This document shows positions 44,476 through 53,277 of a stretch of DNA of 55,454 nucleotides, piece after piece (the stretch's first letter is position 1; each line of letters opens with the position of its first letter). Location of the stretch: contig CALVJV010000003.1 of assembly GCA_944332395.1 (NCBI GenBank), forward strand, positions 1-55,454, written 5' to 3'. The notes beneath the pieces were generated by a model. The model did no database searches and had not been told where the DNA came from. It saw nothing but the letters and a program-made list of their open reading frames with translations. The DNA is from an uncultured Clostridia bacterium (lineage in GTDB: Bacteria; Bacillota; Clostridia; Christensenellales; UBA1242). The position numbers were made by a program, and so were the translations under genes.

Positions 44476-45639
44476 TCATTCCTCGCTAGGAAATCTAATT
44501 CTCATTGAATTAATAGCATTATCAATTAACAAGTCAATGTTAAGATTCTTCTCTTGCAATAAGACCTTGGATAATTTAGGTTTAATAACAGGAGAATCAG
44601 GCAAAAAAACGGTGCAACAATCATCATAAGGCTTAATCGATATATCATATGTATCAATTTTTTTAGCTAATTCTACTGTTTCTTGCTTATCATACCCAAT
44701 TAACGGCTTTAATAACGGCAAGTCAACAACCTGGCCAATTACAGCCATGCTTTCAATCGTTTGACTAGCGACTTGGCCCAAAGATTCACCTGTAATCAAA
44801 GCTTGATAGTCGTGTAATTTAGCAAGTTTTTGGGCAATTCTCAACATAAACCTACGCACAATAGTAACCATAAATTCAGGATCACAAACAGCATGAATGG
44901 CCTCTTGAATTTTAGCTACAGAAACAACAAAAACTTTAATTTTACCATTATATTGCTCCAAAACTTTTGCCAAATCAATAGCCTTTTGTTCAGCGGCTCT
45001 ACTTGTATGAGGAAAACTTTCAAAATGAATACAATCAATCTTCATACCTCTTTTTATCATTCTCCAGCCCGCCACAGGACTATCAATTCCACCAGACAAA
45101 AGCAAAAGACCTTTGCCACTTGTTCCAACCGGCATTCCACCAACTCCTAAAGTTATTTCTGTAAACAAATAAGTTTTTTTGTTTTCCCTAATATCAATAT
45201 ACAAAATATTTTTCGGGTCAAACAAGTCAACAAACGTTTTATTATTTATTGACAATATTTCTGCTCCAATTTTTTTAGAAACGCTCATCGAATCCAATTC
45301 AAAAGTCTTATCTGCTCTGTTTGTTGAAACTTTAAAAGCTCCTTCAAAATTTTTTGTTATTTTTTTTGCACAATTAAGAATATTTTCATATTTAGAATCA
45401 ACTTCATAGGCAACAGAAAAAGAATATATGCCAGCGATTTTAGTTAATTTATCAACAATGTTATCCAAGTAAATTTCATTGAAATCAGAAATAATATACC
45501 TACCAGAAAACTTTTTTAACTGATGTTCAATATCTTTCAAAGAAAAATTGATATTTTCAAACAAAGCTTTTTCAAATAATATACGATTTTTCCCTTTAAG
45601 ATGTATTTCACTATAACGCAACAAAATAACCTGTCTCAT
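44476..45639 (-). CDS. thiI: tRNA 4-thiouridine(8) synthase ThiI
   Basis: THUMP-type N-terminus, PP-loop LLLSGGIDSPVA. Located downstream of a cysteine desulfurase, as in Bacillus nifZ-thiI. Confidence 0.88.
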   Translation of the reverse strand: MRQVILLRYSEIHLKGKNRILFEKALFENINFSLKDIEHQLKKFSGRYIISDFNEIYLDNIVDKLTKIAGIYSFSVAYEVDSKYENILNCAKKITKNFEGAFKVSTNRADKTFELDSMSVSKKIGAEILSINNKTFVDLFDPKNILYIDIRENKKTYLFTEITLGVGGMPVGTSGKGLLLLSGGIDSPVAGWRMIKRGMKIDCIHFESFPHTSRAAEQKAIDLAKVLEQYNGKIKVFVVSVAKIQEAIHAVCDPEFMVTIVRRFMLRIAQKLAKLHDYQALITGESLGQVASQTIESMAVIGQVVDLPLLKPLIGYDKQETVELAKKIDTYDISIKPYDDCCTVFLPDSPVIKPKLSKVLLQEKNLNIDLLIDNAINSMRIRFPSEE

Positions 45640-45643
45640 AATA

Positions 45644-46759
45644 TTAAATCCTTTGTAAAGTATTCACACACTCTATAATATCAAGTGCAGCCTTTTTAAC
45701 AACATCAAGAGGAAATTCTTCATGTCCAAATGAAATGCGTATATTCCCATTAATATATTCTTTATTAAGCCCCATCGCCTCTAATGTTCTATTTCCGGTT
45801 TTCTTTGATGAACAAGCCGAACCGGTTGAAACCAATATATCATACTGTTCTAAAGCATGCATAACGGTCTCGCCTCTAACATTAAAAAAACTAACAGACA
45901 TAATAAAAGGACTTCCACATCCATTTATAGAATATTTTAATTTAGAATTATCAAAAGCATCAGTAATAGTTTTTCTATACATCACTGCATTCTCATATGC
46001 TTTGTTTTGATTTTTAATGCAATAATCCAGTGCTTTAGCAAAAGCAACAGCATAAGCAACATTTTCAGTTCCAGACCTAAGCCCCATTTCTTGTCCACCA
46101 CCTAAAATTTGTGGAATAATCGAAAGTTTTTTGTTAAACAAAAGTGCACCAATGCCCTTTGGCCCATGAATTTTATGTGCAGATATTGTTGCCAAATCAA
46201 CACCCAAATTATTAATATTAACTTCTAATTTCCCAACAGCCTGGACTAGGTCTGAATGAAAAATTGCCCTAGGCGCATATTGTTTAGTAATTTTAACAAG
46301 ATTTTTAATATCGTTAATAGCTCCAGTTTCATTACTAACCATTTGCACAGAAACAAATGAAATATCATCAGATAACAATTCTTTAAATTTAACAATATCA
46401 ACTTTGCCACTTTTATCAAGAGGTACAAATTCAATATCTTTTCCTTGATTTTTAAGGTTTTTAGCAACTTCAAGGATGGAAGGATGTTCTCCCATTCCAA
46501 TAAGACATTTTCCTTTTTTAAATTGAAAGAAAGCCAAATTATTTGCTTCTGTAGCTGATCCAGTAAAAACAAGATTGAAATTAAAAGCATTTAACAATTG
46601 CAAAATATTAGAGCGAGCCTTTTCTAATTTTTGTTTAACATCAAACCCAGGCGTATGCAAACTAGACGGATTAAAAAACATATTGTCAAGTATGTCAACA
46701 ATAGTTTTGTTTATAAACGAAAAAGATTTTGTCGTGCTAGCATTATCAAAATAAACCAT
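45644..46759 (-). CDS. cysteine desulfurase (NifS/NifZ-like, class V aminotransferase)
   Basis: YFDNASTT, TGSATEANN, PLP-lysine ISAHKIHGPKG, RSGTEN, active-site loop STGSACSS. Confidence 0.88.
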   Translation of the reverse strand: MVYFDNASTTKSFSFINKTIVDILDNMFFNPSSLHTPGFDVKQKLEKARSNILQLLNAFNFNLVFTGSATEANNLAFFQFKKGKCLIGMGEHPSILEVAKNLKNQGKDIEFVPLDKSGKVDIVKFKELLSDDISFVSVQMVSNETGAINDIKNLVKITKQYAPRAIFHSDLVQAVGKLEVNINNLGVDLATISAHKIHGPKGIGALLFNKKLSIIPQILGGGQEMGLRSGTENVAYAVAFAKALDYCIKNQNKAYENAVMYRKTITDAFDNSKLKYSINGCGSPFIMSVSFFNVRGETVMHALEQYDILVSTGSACSSKKTGNRTLEAMGLNKEYINGNIRISFGHEEFPLDVVKKAALDIIECVNTLQRI

Positions 46760-46851
46760 AAAAACTCCAATGCAATTATATTAGCACAAAGCTATAAAAG
46801 GGGTCAATTCATTATCGCAAAAAAACAAAATCTCTGCATATACATAAAAAT

Positions 46852-47529
46852 ATGAAAAAGAGAAAAATTAGAATATATGCTGTTCGACTAAAAAGAAAAT
46901 TAATATGGTTTTTGGTCATCATTACAATATTAATAATTTTGGCAATTTTATATTTACAATTTCTTGTAAACCCAATAATTTATAGAACAACCAGTTCGGA
47001 AGTAAAAACCCTAGCAAACAGGTCAATGAATATTGCAGTAACAACAGCAATGAATCAAGGAATAGCATACTCAGATTTAATCAAGATAGAAACGAATGAC
47101 GGAAAAACAACTTTATTACAGGCAAATTCAATACGAATAAACGCATTGGCAAAGTTAATAACTCGCACAATTCAAGAAAATTTAAGAGATTTATTAAATG
47201 ATGATGTAAAAATACACTTGGGCGCATTTTCAGGAATACCAATATTATCTGGAGTAGGCCCTGAAATTTCAATCGGCCTAGGAAATTCCTATGGCGATAT
47301 ATCTTGCAGATTTTCATCAGAATTTACCTCAAGCGGAATTAACCAAACTCAACATAAAATATATTTAAACCTAACAACACGAGTCAATGTTGTTTTTGCA
47401 ACTAGAACGATGCAAATTGACGCTAAATCTGATGTATTGTTGTGTGAAAGCATAATTATAGGAGAAATTCCAGATACCTATTTAAAATCAGATTCATTAG
47501 ATGAAATGATGAACTTAATTCCATTATAA
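46852..47529 (+). CDS. yunB: probable sporulation protein YunB
   Basis: N-terminal TM followed by a LVNPII....V..LA......A pattern, and overall size and organisation like YunB. Adjacent to the spoVA genes. Recognised from memory only. Confidence 0.45.
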   Translation: MKKRKIRIYAVRLKRKLIWFLVIITILIILAILYLQFLVNPIIYRTTSSEVKTLANRSMNIAVTTAMNQGIAYSDLIKIETNDGKTTLLQANSIRINALAKLITRTIQENLRDLLNDDVKIHLGAFSGIPILSGVGPEISIGLGNSYGDISCRFSSEFTSSGINQTQHKIYLNLTTRVNVVFATRTMQIDAKSDVLLCESIIIGEIPDTYLKSDSLDEMMNLIPL

Positions 47530-47532
47530 TAC

Positions 47533-47907
47533 TTAATGTTTTTTAGTTCTACTACTGGTACATAGTGCAATCAAGTAAGCAACGGCAATAGCCATAGAAA
47601 CACCAGCAGAAGTTGCAATTAAGCCTCCGGCAATAGCACCAAATAATCCATCAGTTTTAGCCCCATTAATAGCACCTCGAGCTAAAGCATTTCCAAATCC
47701 GGTAATTGGAACTGTTGCCCCAGCCCCTGCCCACTGAACAAGATAACCATAAATTCCAACTCCACCAAGGACCGCACCAATCATCAAAAACAAAACTAAA
47801 ATCCTAGCTGTTGTAATTTTAGTTCTAATAACAAGAATTTGTCCCAGCATACAGATAGTTCCACCAACAAACATTACTTTAAGATATAATAAAATAGTTT
47901 CTAACAT
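47533..47907 (-). CDS. spoVAE: stage V sporulation protein AE (SpoVAEB-type)
   Basis: 124-aa membrane protein with PITGFGNALARGA and GLFGAIAGGL. Third gene after spoVAC-spoVAD. Confidence 0.85.
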   Translation of the reverse strand: MLETILLYLKVMFVGGTICMLGQILVIRTKITTARILVLFLMIGAVLGGVGIYGYLVQWAGAGATVPITGFGNALARGAINGAKTDGLFGAIAGGLIATSAGVSMAIAVAYLIALCTSSRTKKH

Positions 47908-47920
47908 AAAATCTCCTAAC

Positions 47921-48925
47921 CTAAATTTCTAAAAGAATCAGATGTGAAATACAAGGTATGCTATCACCTTGTTGATTGCTAGTAGTGCTCATTAAAGCGC
48001 CAGTTGGCATAAAAATAACTTTACGAAACACCTTTTGTTCCATTTTATCAACAATATAAGAGTTAAGCACAGAAGCAGAACATCCAGCGCCTGATCCACC
48101 TTGAAAAGTTTTTTGTGAAGCATCATAAATAATGTGACCACAGTCAGAAAAATTTTTGCCCACTTTAAAGCCTTTTTGTAATAATAAATCTTTTAAAACA
48201 TCACTACCAAATTTCCCCAAATCTCCTGTAATAATTAAATCATAATCATTCGGAGAGGTTTTAGTGTCTAAAAAAAATTGAACTAGAGTCTCCATTGCGG
48301 CAGGCGCCATAGCAGCTCCCATATTGGCAATATCTTTAACTCCATAATTAACAACTTTTCCAAAACAAACATGAGTTATTTTTGGTCCTTTTCCTTGTTT
48401 TCCTAAAATGGTAGCACCCATGGCAGTTACAGTCCATTGTGAATAAGTTTGTCTTTGTGAGGCAAGTTCTAATGGTCCTCTAAATTGTCTTTCTGCAGAA
48501 GCAAAATGGCTACCTGTAACACACATTATATATTTACCAACATTGGCATCTAACAAACAGGCAGCAACAGCTAATGATTCGCTCATTGTCGAACAAGCAG
48601 AATAAACACCAATATAAGGCCAACCAAATTTTTCAGCGGTATAATTTGTTGTGACCATTTGATTAAGCAAATCTCCACCTATAAGAATATCAATATCGGC
48701 ATTATTAAGCTTTGAATTTTTTAAACAAAAAGAAATAGCTTTTTGCATAAAAGATCTTTCAGATTTTTCGTATGTAGATTCGCCCATAGTATCATCAGTT
48801 GTGGATTTTAAAAAGTATTTACTAAGCGGACCTTTTGCCTCTTTGTCACCAACAATACTACTACGCCCTACGATATACACAGGATTATCAAGCTTGTATG
48901 TTTGAACACCAATTTTTTTAGCCAC
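47921..48925 (-). CDS. spoVAD: stage V sporulation protein AD
   Basis: 334 aa, thiolase-fold-like. The N-terminal IVGRSSIVGDKEAKGPL pattern is typical of SpoVAD. Located between spoVAC and spoVAE. Confidence 0.88.
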   Translation of the reverse strand: MAKKIGVQTYKLDNPVYIVGRSSIVGDKEAKGPLSKYFLKSTTDDTMGESTYEKSERSFMQKAISFCLKNSKLNNADIDILIGGDLLNQMVTTNYTAEKFGWPYIGVYSACSTMSESLAVAACLLDANVGKYIMCVTGSHFASAERQFRGPLELASQRQTYSQWTVTAMGATILGKQGKGPKITHVCFGKVVNYGVKDIANMGAAMAPAAMETLVQFFLDTKTSPNDYDLIITGDLGKFGSDVLKDLLLQKGFKVGKNFSDCGHIIYDASQKTFQGGSGAGCSASVLNSYIVDKMEQKVFRKVIFMPTGALMSTTSNQQGDSIPCISHLILLEI

Positions 48926-48933
48926 ATTGCCTC

Positions 48934-49407
48934 CTAAAACAAACCAATTAAAGAATAAATAAGCCCAACTATAATCGAAAATGTAACACCATTAACAATA
49001 ACGGGACCAGCGACATAAAAAAGTTTAGCTCCAAGTCCAAAAACAAGACCTTCTTTTTTAAATTCCAAAGCGCTTGATCCGATAGCATTTGCAAATCCAG
49101 TAATAGGAATAACTGTTCCTGCACCGGCATAACGCCCAATTCTATCAAACACGCCAAAACCTGTTAAAATTATAGTAATAGAAATAATAATAACATTAAC
49201 CCAACTTGAAATAATGTTAACATCAAGCAAAGGAAAACAAGCCTTTAAAACATCTGAAACAGTCTGTCCAAAAACGCAAATACCACCACCCACTAAAAAA
49301 GCATGAAACAAGGATTTTGCCCATGAACTTTTTGGCGATTTTGCCTCAATATAGTCAAGATACAACTTATTTCGTTCTTGCACAGAATCAACTTTTTCTA
49401 ACCGCAT
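48934..49407 (-). CDS. spoVAC: stage V sporulation protein AC
   Basis: FLVGGGICVFGQ, IPITGFANAIGSSALEFKKEGLVFGLG. ATG 49407 with SD aaggag is preferred over the longer tracked ORF. Confidence 0.85.
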   Translation of the reverse strand: MRLEKVDSVQERNKLYLDYIEAKSPKSSWAKSLFHAFLVGGGICVFGQTVSDVLKACFPLLDVNIISSWVNVIIISITIILTGFGVFDRIGRYAGAGTVIPITGFANAIGSSALEFKKEGLVFGLGAKLFYVAGPVIVNGVTFSIIVGLIYSLIGLF

Positions 49408-49518
49408 AAATAACTCCTTATTAGAAATTGTTTCAAATAAAAAAATTTTTATACAATATAAATAATTTTTATTAAAAATCACAAACTAAAAATAAGTGAA
49501 AAAATTGGAGGCATTATA

Positions 49519-50679
49519 ATGAAAAAATTTACAATAATAATAGGAATATTATGTGTCGTTACTTTTGGATTAATAGGATGTAAAAAAGCAGACACAAATC
49601 AAAAATTAGCAAAAGAAATAGAACAAAAAAGCACTCAATTAGTCTATTCAGTCGAAAGCATGGACTCTCTTGAGATTGAAGAATTGAGTTCAAACGATGA
49701 AACCATTCAAGCAACAACAAAAACAATTCAAGTTCCAATAACAAGAACGATAAACAAAAGCGCCCCAAAACAAAATAGAATGAGAGGTGCAAATCCGAAA
49801 AAAACAACAAAATACAACCAGCAAAAAGCAAACGCTCAAACAAAAACACAAACTGAAGACAAACAAACCTTAAAAATATCCACCCAAGAATTAGGAACTG
49901 CCGAAAGTTACACAAATGAACTAATAAATCAACGATCAGAAGTAATGCTTTTATGTAGCAAATTAAGAAATGGCGAAATAAAATTAACAAAAGAAAAACA
50001 AAAAGAGTTGAACAACTATTTGGATTTATTAAACGCAACATCAAACTATTTACAAGCAAGTAAAACAAAATACGATATTAACGAAAAAACAACATTAGCA
50101 GACAAATTAGCAATAAGAGAAAAATTGGCAATAAGACAAGCAAAATTGCAAACAAGTATATTAGCCATGGATGAAATATTAAAGATTCTAAAGAATGATA
50201 GCAATTCCAACAATACAGAAATTCAACCTATCAATCAAAGAACAATAAACAACCAGCCAAAAACTTTAGAAGAAAAAACAGACAATAAGCCTATTCCATA
50301 CATTGGGAATATAAAAACAATAGAACAAAAAAATACCAAACAAAACGGATTAACAACAAAAAATAACGCAAATACAAATAGCAAAGAAGTTAAATCAAAC
50401 ATCAATCAAAAAAACAATTTAACAACTAAATTAAAACAAAAAGAACAAACAACAAATATAAATACAGAAAAAGAAAATGGTTGCGTATCAATTAAAGTAA
50501 CTCCAATCCACTACTATAATACAAAACCGACAAATGAACCAATAAATAATACAAAAGATACCAAAACAAACACAATTAATGCAATTAACAATACAACAAC
50601 AAAAGCTGTGTTACCACAAGCAAATCCAACCCCAATAACAGTAAAACAAAACAATGATAACATCAGGTACTCTGCCTGA
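49519..50679 (+). CDS. low-complexity lipoprotein (N/T/K/Q-rich)
   Basis: SD ggagg. Signal peptide with lipobox LIGC. Coiled-coil-like middle (KLAIREKLAIRQAKLQ). N/T/K-rich C-terminal half. Confidence 0.6.
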   Translation: MKKFTIIIGILCVVTFGLIGCKKADTNQKLAKEIEQKSTQLVYSVESMDSLEIEELSSNDETIQATTKTIQVPITRTINKSAPKQNRMRGANPKKTTKYNQQKANAQTKTQTEDKQTLKISTQELGTAESYTNELINQRSEVMLLCSKLRNGEIKLTKEKQKELNNYLDLLNATSNYLQASKTKYDINEKTTLADKLAIREKLAIRQAKLQTSILAMDEILKILKNDSNSNNTEIQPINQRTINNQPKTLEEKTDNKPIPYIGNIKTIEQKNTKQNGLTTKNNANTNSKEVKSNINQKNNLTTKLKQKEQTTNINTEKENGCVSIKVTPIHYYNTKPTNEPINNTKDTKTNTINAINNTTTKAVLPQANPTPITVKQNNDNIRYSA

Positions 50680-50688
50680 CATAGCATT

Positions 50689-50717
50689 AAAAAACTCCCA
50701 TTAATTGGGAGTTTTTT
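50689..50717. terminator. bidirectional terminator between the lipoprotein gene and sigF
   Basis: Arms aaaaaactccca and tgggagtttttt (core 50694-50700 / 50706-50712), with A and T runs on either side. Confidence 0.75.
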
Positions 50718-51468
50718 ATTGTAACTTATTTTTTAATTTTTCCAAAATTTTGTTTTCTAACCTACTGATTTGCACCTGTGACACCTTTAATATTTTTGCA
50801 ATTTCACTCTGGGTTTTCCCCAAAAAGTACCTTAATGTTATAATTTTTTTATCTCTATCATCTAGTTCCGAAATGGCTTCTTTTAAAGCTAAATTTCTTA
50901 ATAACTTATCTTCCCCTCCATCATCATAAGATAATACTTCAAGCAATGCAAATGATTTATCTTTATTTTCGTCTTTATTCGACAATGATAAAGGTATTTT
51001 ACCTGCATCAAGAGCAAATACAACATCTTGTCTATCAATATTAAAATGCTCTGCAATTTCGTCAATTGTAGGCTCAAAATCATGTGTTTTTGAATACTCA
51101 TCTAAATATCTATAAATTTTAGCGGAGAGACTTTTAATAACTCTAGAAATTTTAATATTCCCATCATCGCGAAGAAATCTCTTGATCTCTCCCGCTATCA
51201 TAGGAACAGCATAAGTCGAAAATTTAACATCAAATTTAGGATCAAAATTTTCAATTGCCTTCAAAAACCCCACACAGCCAAGTTGATAAAGATCGTCATA
51301 ATCCACACCTTTATTTTTAAACCTAGCTACAATACTTTTAATTAATGGAAAATTACATTCAATTAGTTTTTCTTTTGCTTGTTTATCACCAGTCTTTGCC
51401 AAATCAATTAATTTTAAGGTTTGCTGATGAGATAATAAAACAAAATCATCCAAGCTTTTAATCTCCAA
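50716..51468 (-). CDS. sigF: RNA polymerase sporulation sigma factor SigF
   Basis: Region 2 DYDDLYQLGCVGFLKAIENFD...KFSTYAVPMIAGEIKRFLRD. Region 4 GKTQSEIAKILKVSQVQISRLE. Follows spoIIAA-spoIIAB. Confidence 0.92.
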   Translation of the reverse strand: MEIKSLDDFVLLSHQQTLKLIDLAKTGDKQAKEKLIECNFPLIKSIVARFKNKGVDYDDLYQLGCVGFLKAIENFDPKFDVKFSTYAVPMIAGEIKRFLRDDGNIKISRVIKSLSAKIYRYLDEYSKTHDFEPTIDEIAEHFNIDRQDVVFALDAGKIPLSLSNKDENKDKSFALLEVLSYDDGGEDKLLRNLALKEAISELDDRDKKIITLRYFLGKTQSEIAKILKVSQVQISRLENKILEKLKNKLQ

Positions 51469-51883
51469 ATTTCTTTTTCATGTGAACAATTAACCCACCA
51501 CTATCATTCGGCTTTACAATAAGATTGTCCATAAAAGATTCCATTACCGTAAATCCCATGCCCGATCTCTCCTGCTCTGGCTTTGTTGTAAAAAAAGGTT
51601 TTCTAGCTTTTTGAATATCTTCAATTCCCTTTCCCTGGTCAATTATGGTAATAAAAACCTCTCTATTACACAAACCAACAGCAATTGTAATCTTTCCATC
51701 AGTTCCATCATATCCATGCACAATAGAATTAGTTATAGCTTCCGAAACAGCCGTTTTCACATCATTAATTTCAGAAAGCGTAGGATTTGCTTCTACACAA
51801 AAAGCAGCGATAGTACTTCTAATAAAACTTTCATTTTTAGTTTTAGCATCTACTACTAAAGTCATTTGGTTGTCAAATTTCAT
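51458..51883 (-). CDS. spoIIAB: anti-sigma F factor SpoIIAB (serine kinase)
   Basis: 141 aa. GHKL-type N box AVSEAITNSIVHGY and G boxes DQGKGI, SGMGFTV. Overlaps the sigF start. Confidence 0.92.
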   Translation of the reverse strand: MKFDNQMTLVVDAKTKNESFIRSTIAAFCVEANPTLSEINDVKTAVSEAITNSIVHGYDGTDGKITIAVGLCNREVFITIIDQGKGIEDIQKARKPFFTTKPEQERSGMGFTVMESFMDNLIVKPNDSGGLIVHMKKKFGD

Positions 51884-51894
51884 ACAATTAACTC

Positions 51895-52212
51895 CTATAC
51901 AAAAAGTGGCATAATTTGATAAATGCCTGAAATCCTCAGCACTCTATCAACATGTGGCTGTGGATCTTTAATACAAATTTGTAAATTTTTACTATTCCAT
52001 TTTTTAAACCTCCCAAGTAAAACACCAACTCCTGTGCTATCCATAAATGATAATTTTTTAAAATCAAAAATCACCTTATCAATAGCCTTATCCGCAAACT
52101 CTCCCAATAATGAATCAAGTGTAAGTCTAACATAATCCGCTGTATGCTCGTCTAATTCGCCATCAAAAGAGATATGTGGCGCTTCGGAATTTAAATTAAA
52201 TTTTATTTTCAT
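51895..52212 (-). CDS. spoIIAA: anti-sigma F factor antagonist SpoIIAA (STAS domain)
   Basis: STAS pattern with the phosphorylatable Ser context SFMDSTGVGVLLGR. ATG 52212 with SD gaggag is preferred over the longer tracked ORF. Confidence 0.9.
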   Translation of the reverse strand: MKIKFNLNSEAPHISFDGELDEHTADYVRLTLDSLLGEFADKAIDKVIFDFKKLSFMDSTGVGVLLGRFKKWNSKNLQICIKDPQPHVDRVLRISGIYQIMPLFV

Positions 52213-52253
52213 TGACAATCTCCTCACAAAATATGATAACAAAATACAAAAAA

Positions 52254-52280
52254 TAAAAAACCGCAAAATTTGCGGTTTTT
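52254..52280. terminator. bidirectional-looking terminator between the acidic lipoprotein gene and spoIIAA
   Basis: Arms aaaaaaccgc and gcggtttttt with an A/T-rich loop (52254-52280). Confidence 0.7.
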
Positions 52281-52312
52281 TAAGAAAAATTAGCGAAAAC
52301 AACTAATTAAAT

Positions 52313-53269
52313 TTAACTTAAAATTTCAGTGTATCCATTCTCATAAGCAAATTGATACCCACCTTCTGTTTTTGTTATTATAATTCTAGATTTAATATTG
52401 GACTTAAAATATTCTACTTCAAGAGAATTATTTGATAGTTTCTCTATTTCATAAACAATCTCATTTTTGACCCCATTTACTAACGATATAAATTCAAGTT
52501 CTACTTTTTTCTCATTATCTTCTAAATCATCTTCAATTTCAATTTCAGTTTTAGAAACTAATTTTGCTTTTCCGTCTACATTGTGATAAACATAATATTC
52601 AAACTCAAATTCATTCATTTCTGACTCTTGCTCAACAACTATATATTCATTAGGATTTGTCACCGATCTTGTTGTAAATTCAATAGAAACTTCTGTTTCA
52701 TTGTCTTCAATTTCTACAATTTTTTCGCCAATAATATCAAATTTAGATAATTCCTCATTTTTTTCAACAATTAAAATCCCATTCAAATTAGTCGAAACTT
52801 CAATTTCATCATCATCGACAATAGTTCCATTTTCCTTTTCCGTTTCATTATAATACATAGTATAAACAACGCTTTTCCCCGACATATCTGGAAGTGTGGT
52901 CACAGTTTTTGTACTATAAGACGAAAATTCTCCGTCTGCTTCTGTTGGTTTAGAAGTTTGACTATTAAACGTTCCATTTGACAATAAAAATCCTTCAAAC
53001 ATTTTTACATACTCTAATAAATTTTCTATATCATTTTCAACTTCGGCTGGCCTAGATTCGGCAATCAATTCCGCGACATTAAAATTTGTTAGCTGTTCAT
53101 TTTCAGAACTCAAAGAAGCCGCACTCGTCAATGCAGCAAAAGTATAAATTGCCTGAGCATCTACTCCAGATGGCTTTATCTGAGTCTTTTTCTTTTTACA
53201 AGCAACCAAACTAAAAGTACATGGCAAAATCATAGCGACGCAAACTATTAAAATTAAAAATTTTTTCAT
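52313..53269 (-). CDS. acidic lipoprotein, unknown function
   Basis: SD ggaggg. Signal peptide with lipobox LVAC. E/D-rich body with repeated alternating E-x-E beta-like stretches. Confidence 0.55.
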   Translation of the reverse strand: MKKFLILIVCVAMILPCTFSLVACKKKKTQIKPSGVDAQAIYTFAALTSAASLSSENEQLTNFNVAELIAESRPAEVENDIENLLEYVKMFEGFLLSNGTFNSQTSKPTEADGEFSSYSTKTVTTLPDMSGKSVVYTMYYNETEKENGTIVDDDEIEVSTNLNGILIVEKNEELSKFDIIGEKIVEIEDNETEVSIEFTTRSVTNPNEYIVVEQESEMNEFEFEYYVYHNVDGKAKLVSKTEIEIEDDLEDNEKKVELEFISLVNGVKNEIVYEIEKLSNNSLEVEYFKSNIKSRIIITKTEGGYQFAYENGYTEILS

Positions 53270-53277
53270 AATCCCTC

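Noticed and set aside
49559-50068. 169-aa minus-strand ORF inside the lipoprotein gene
   Set aside because: It is an antisense frame of an A-rich low-complexity gene (L/F-rich translation). The plus-strand gene has an SD, a signal peptide and a lipobox.
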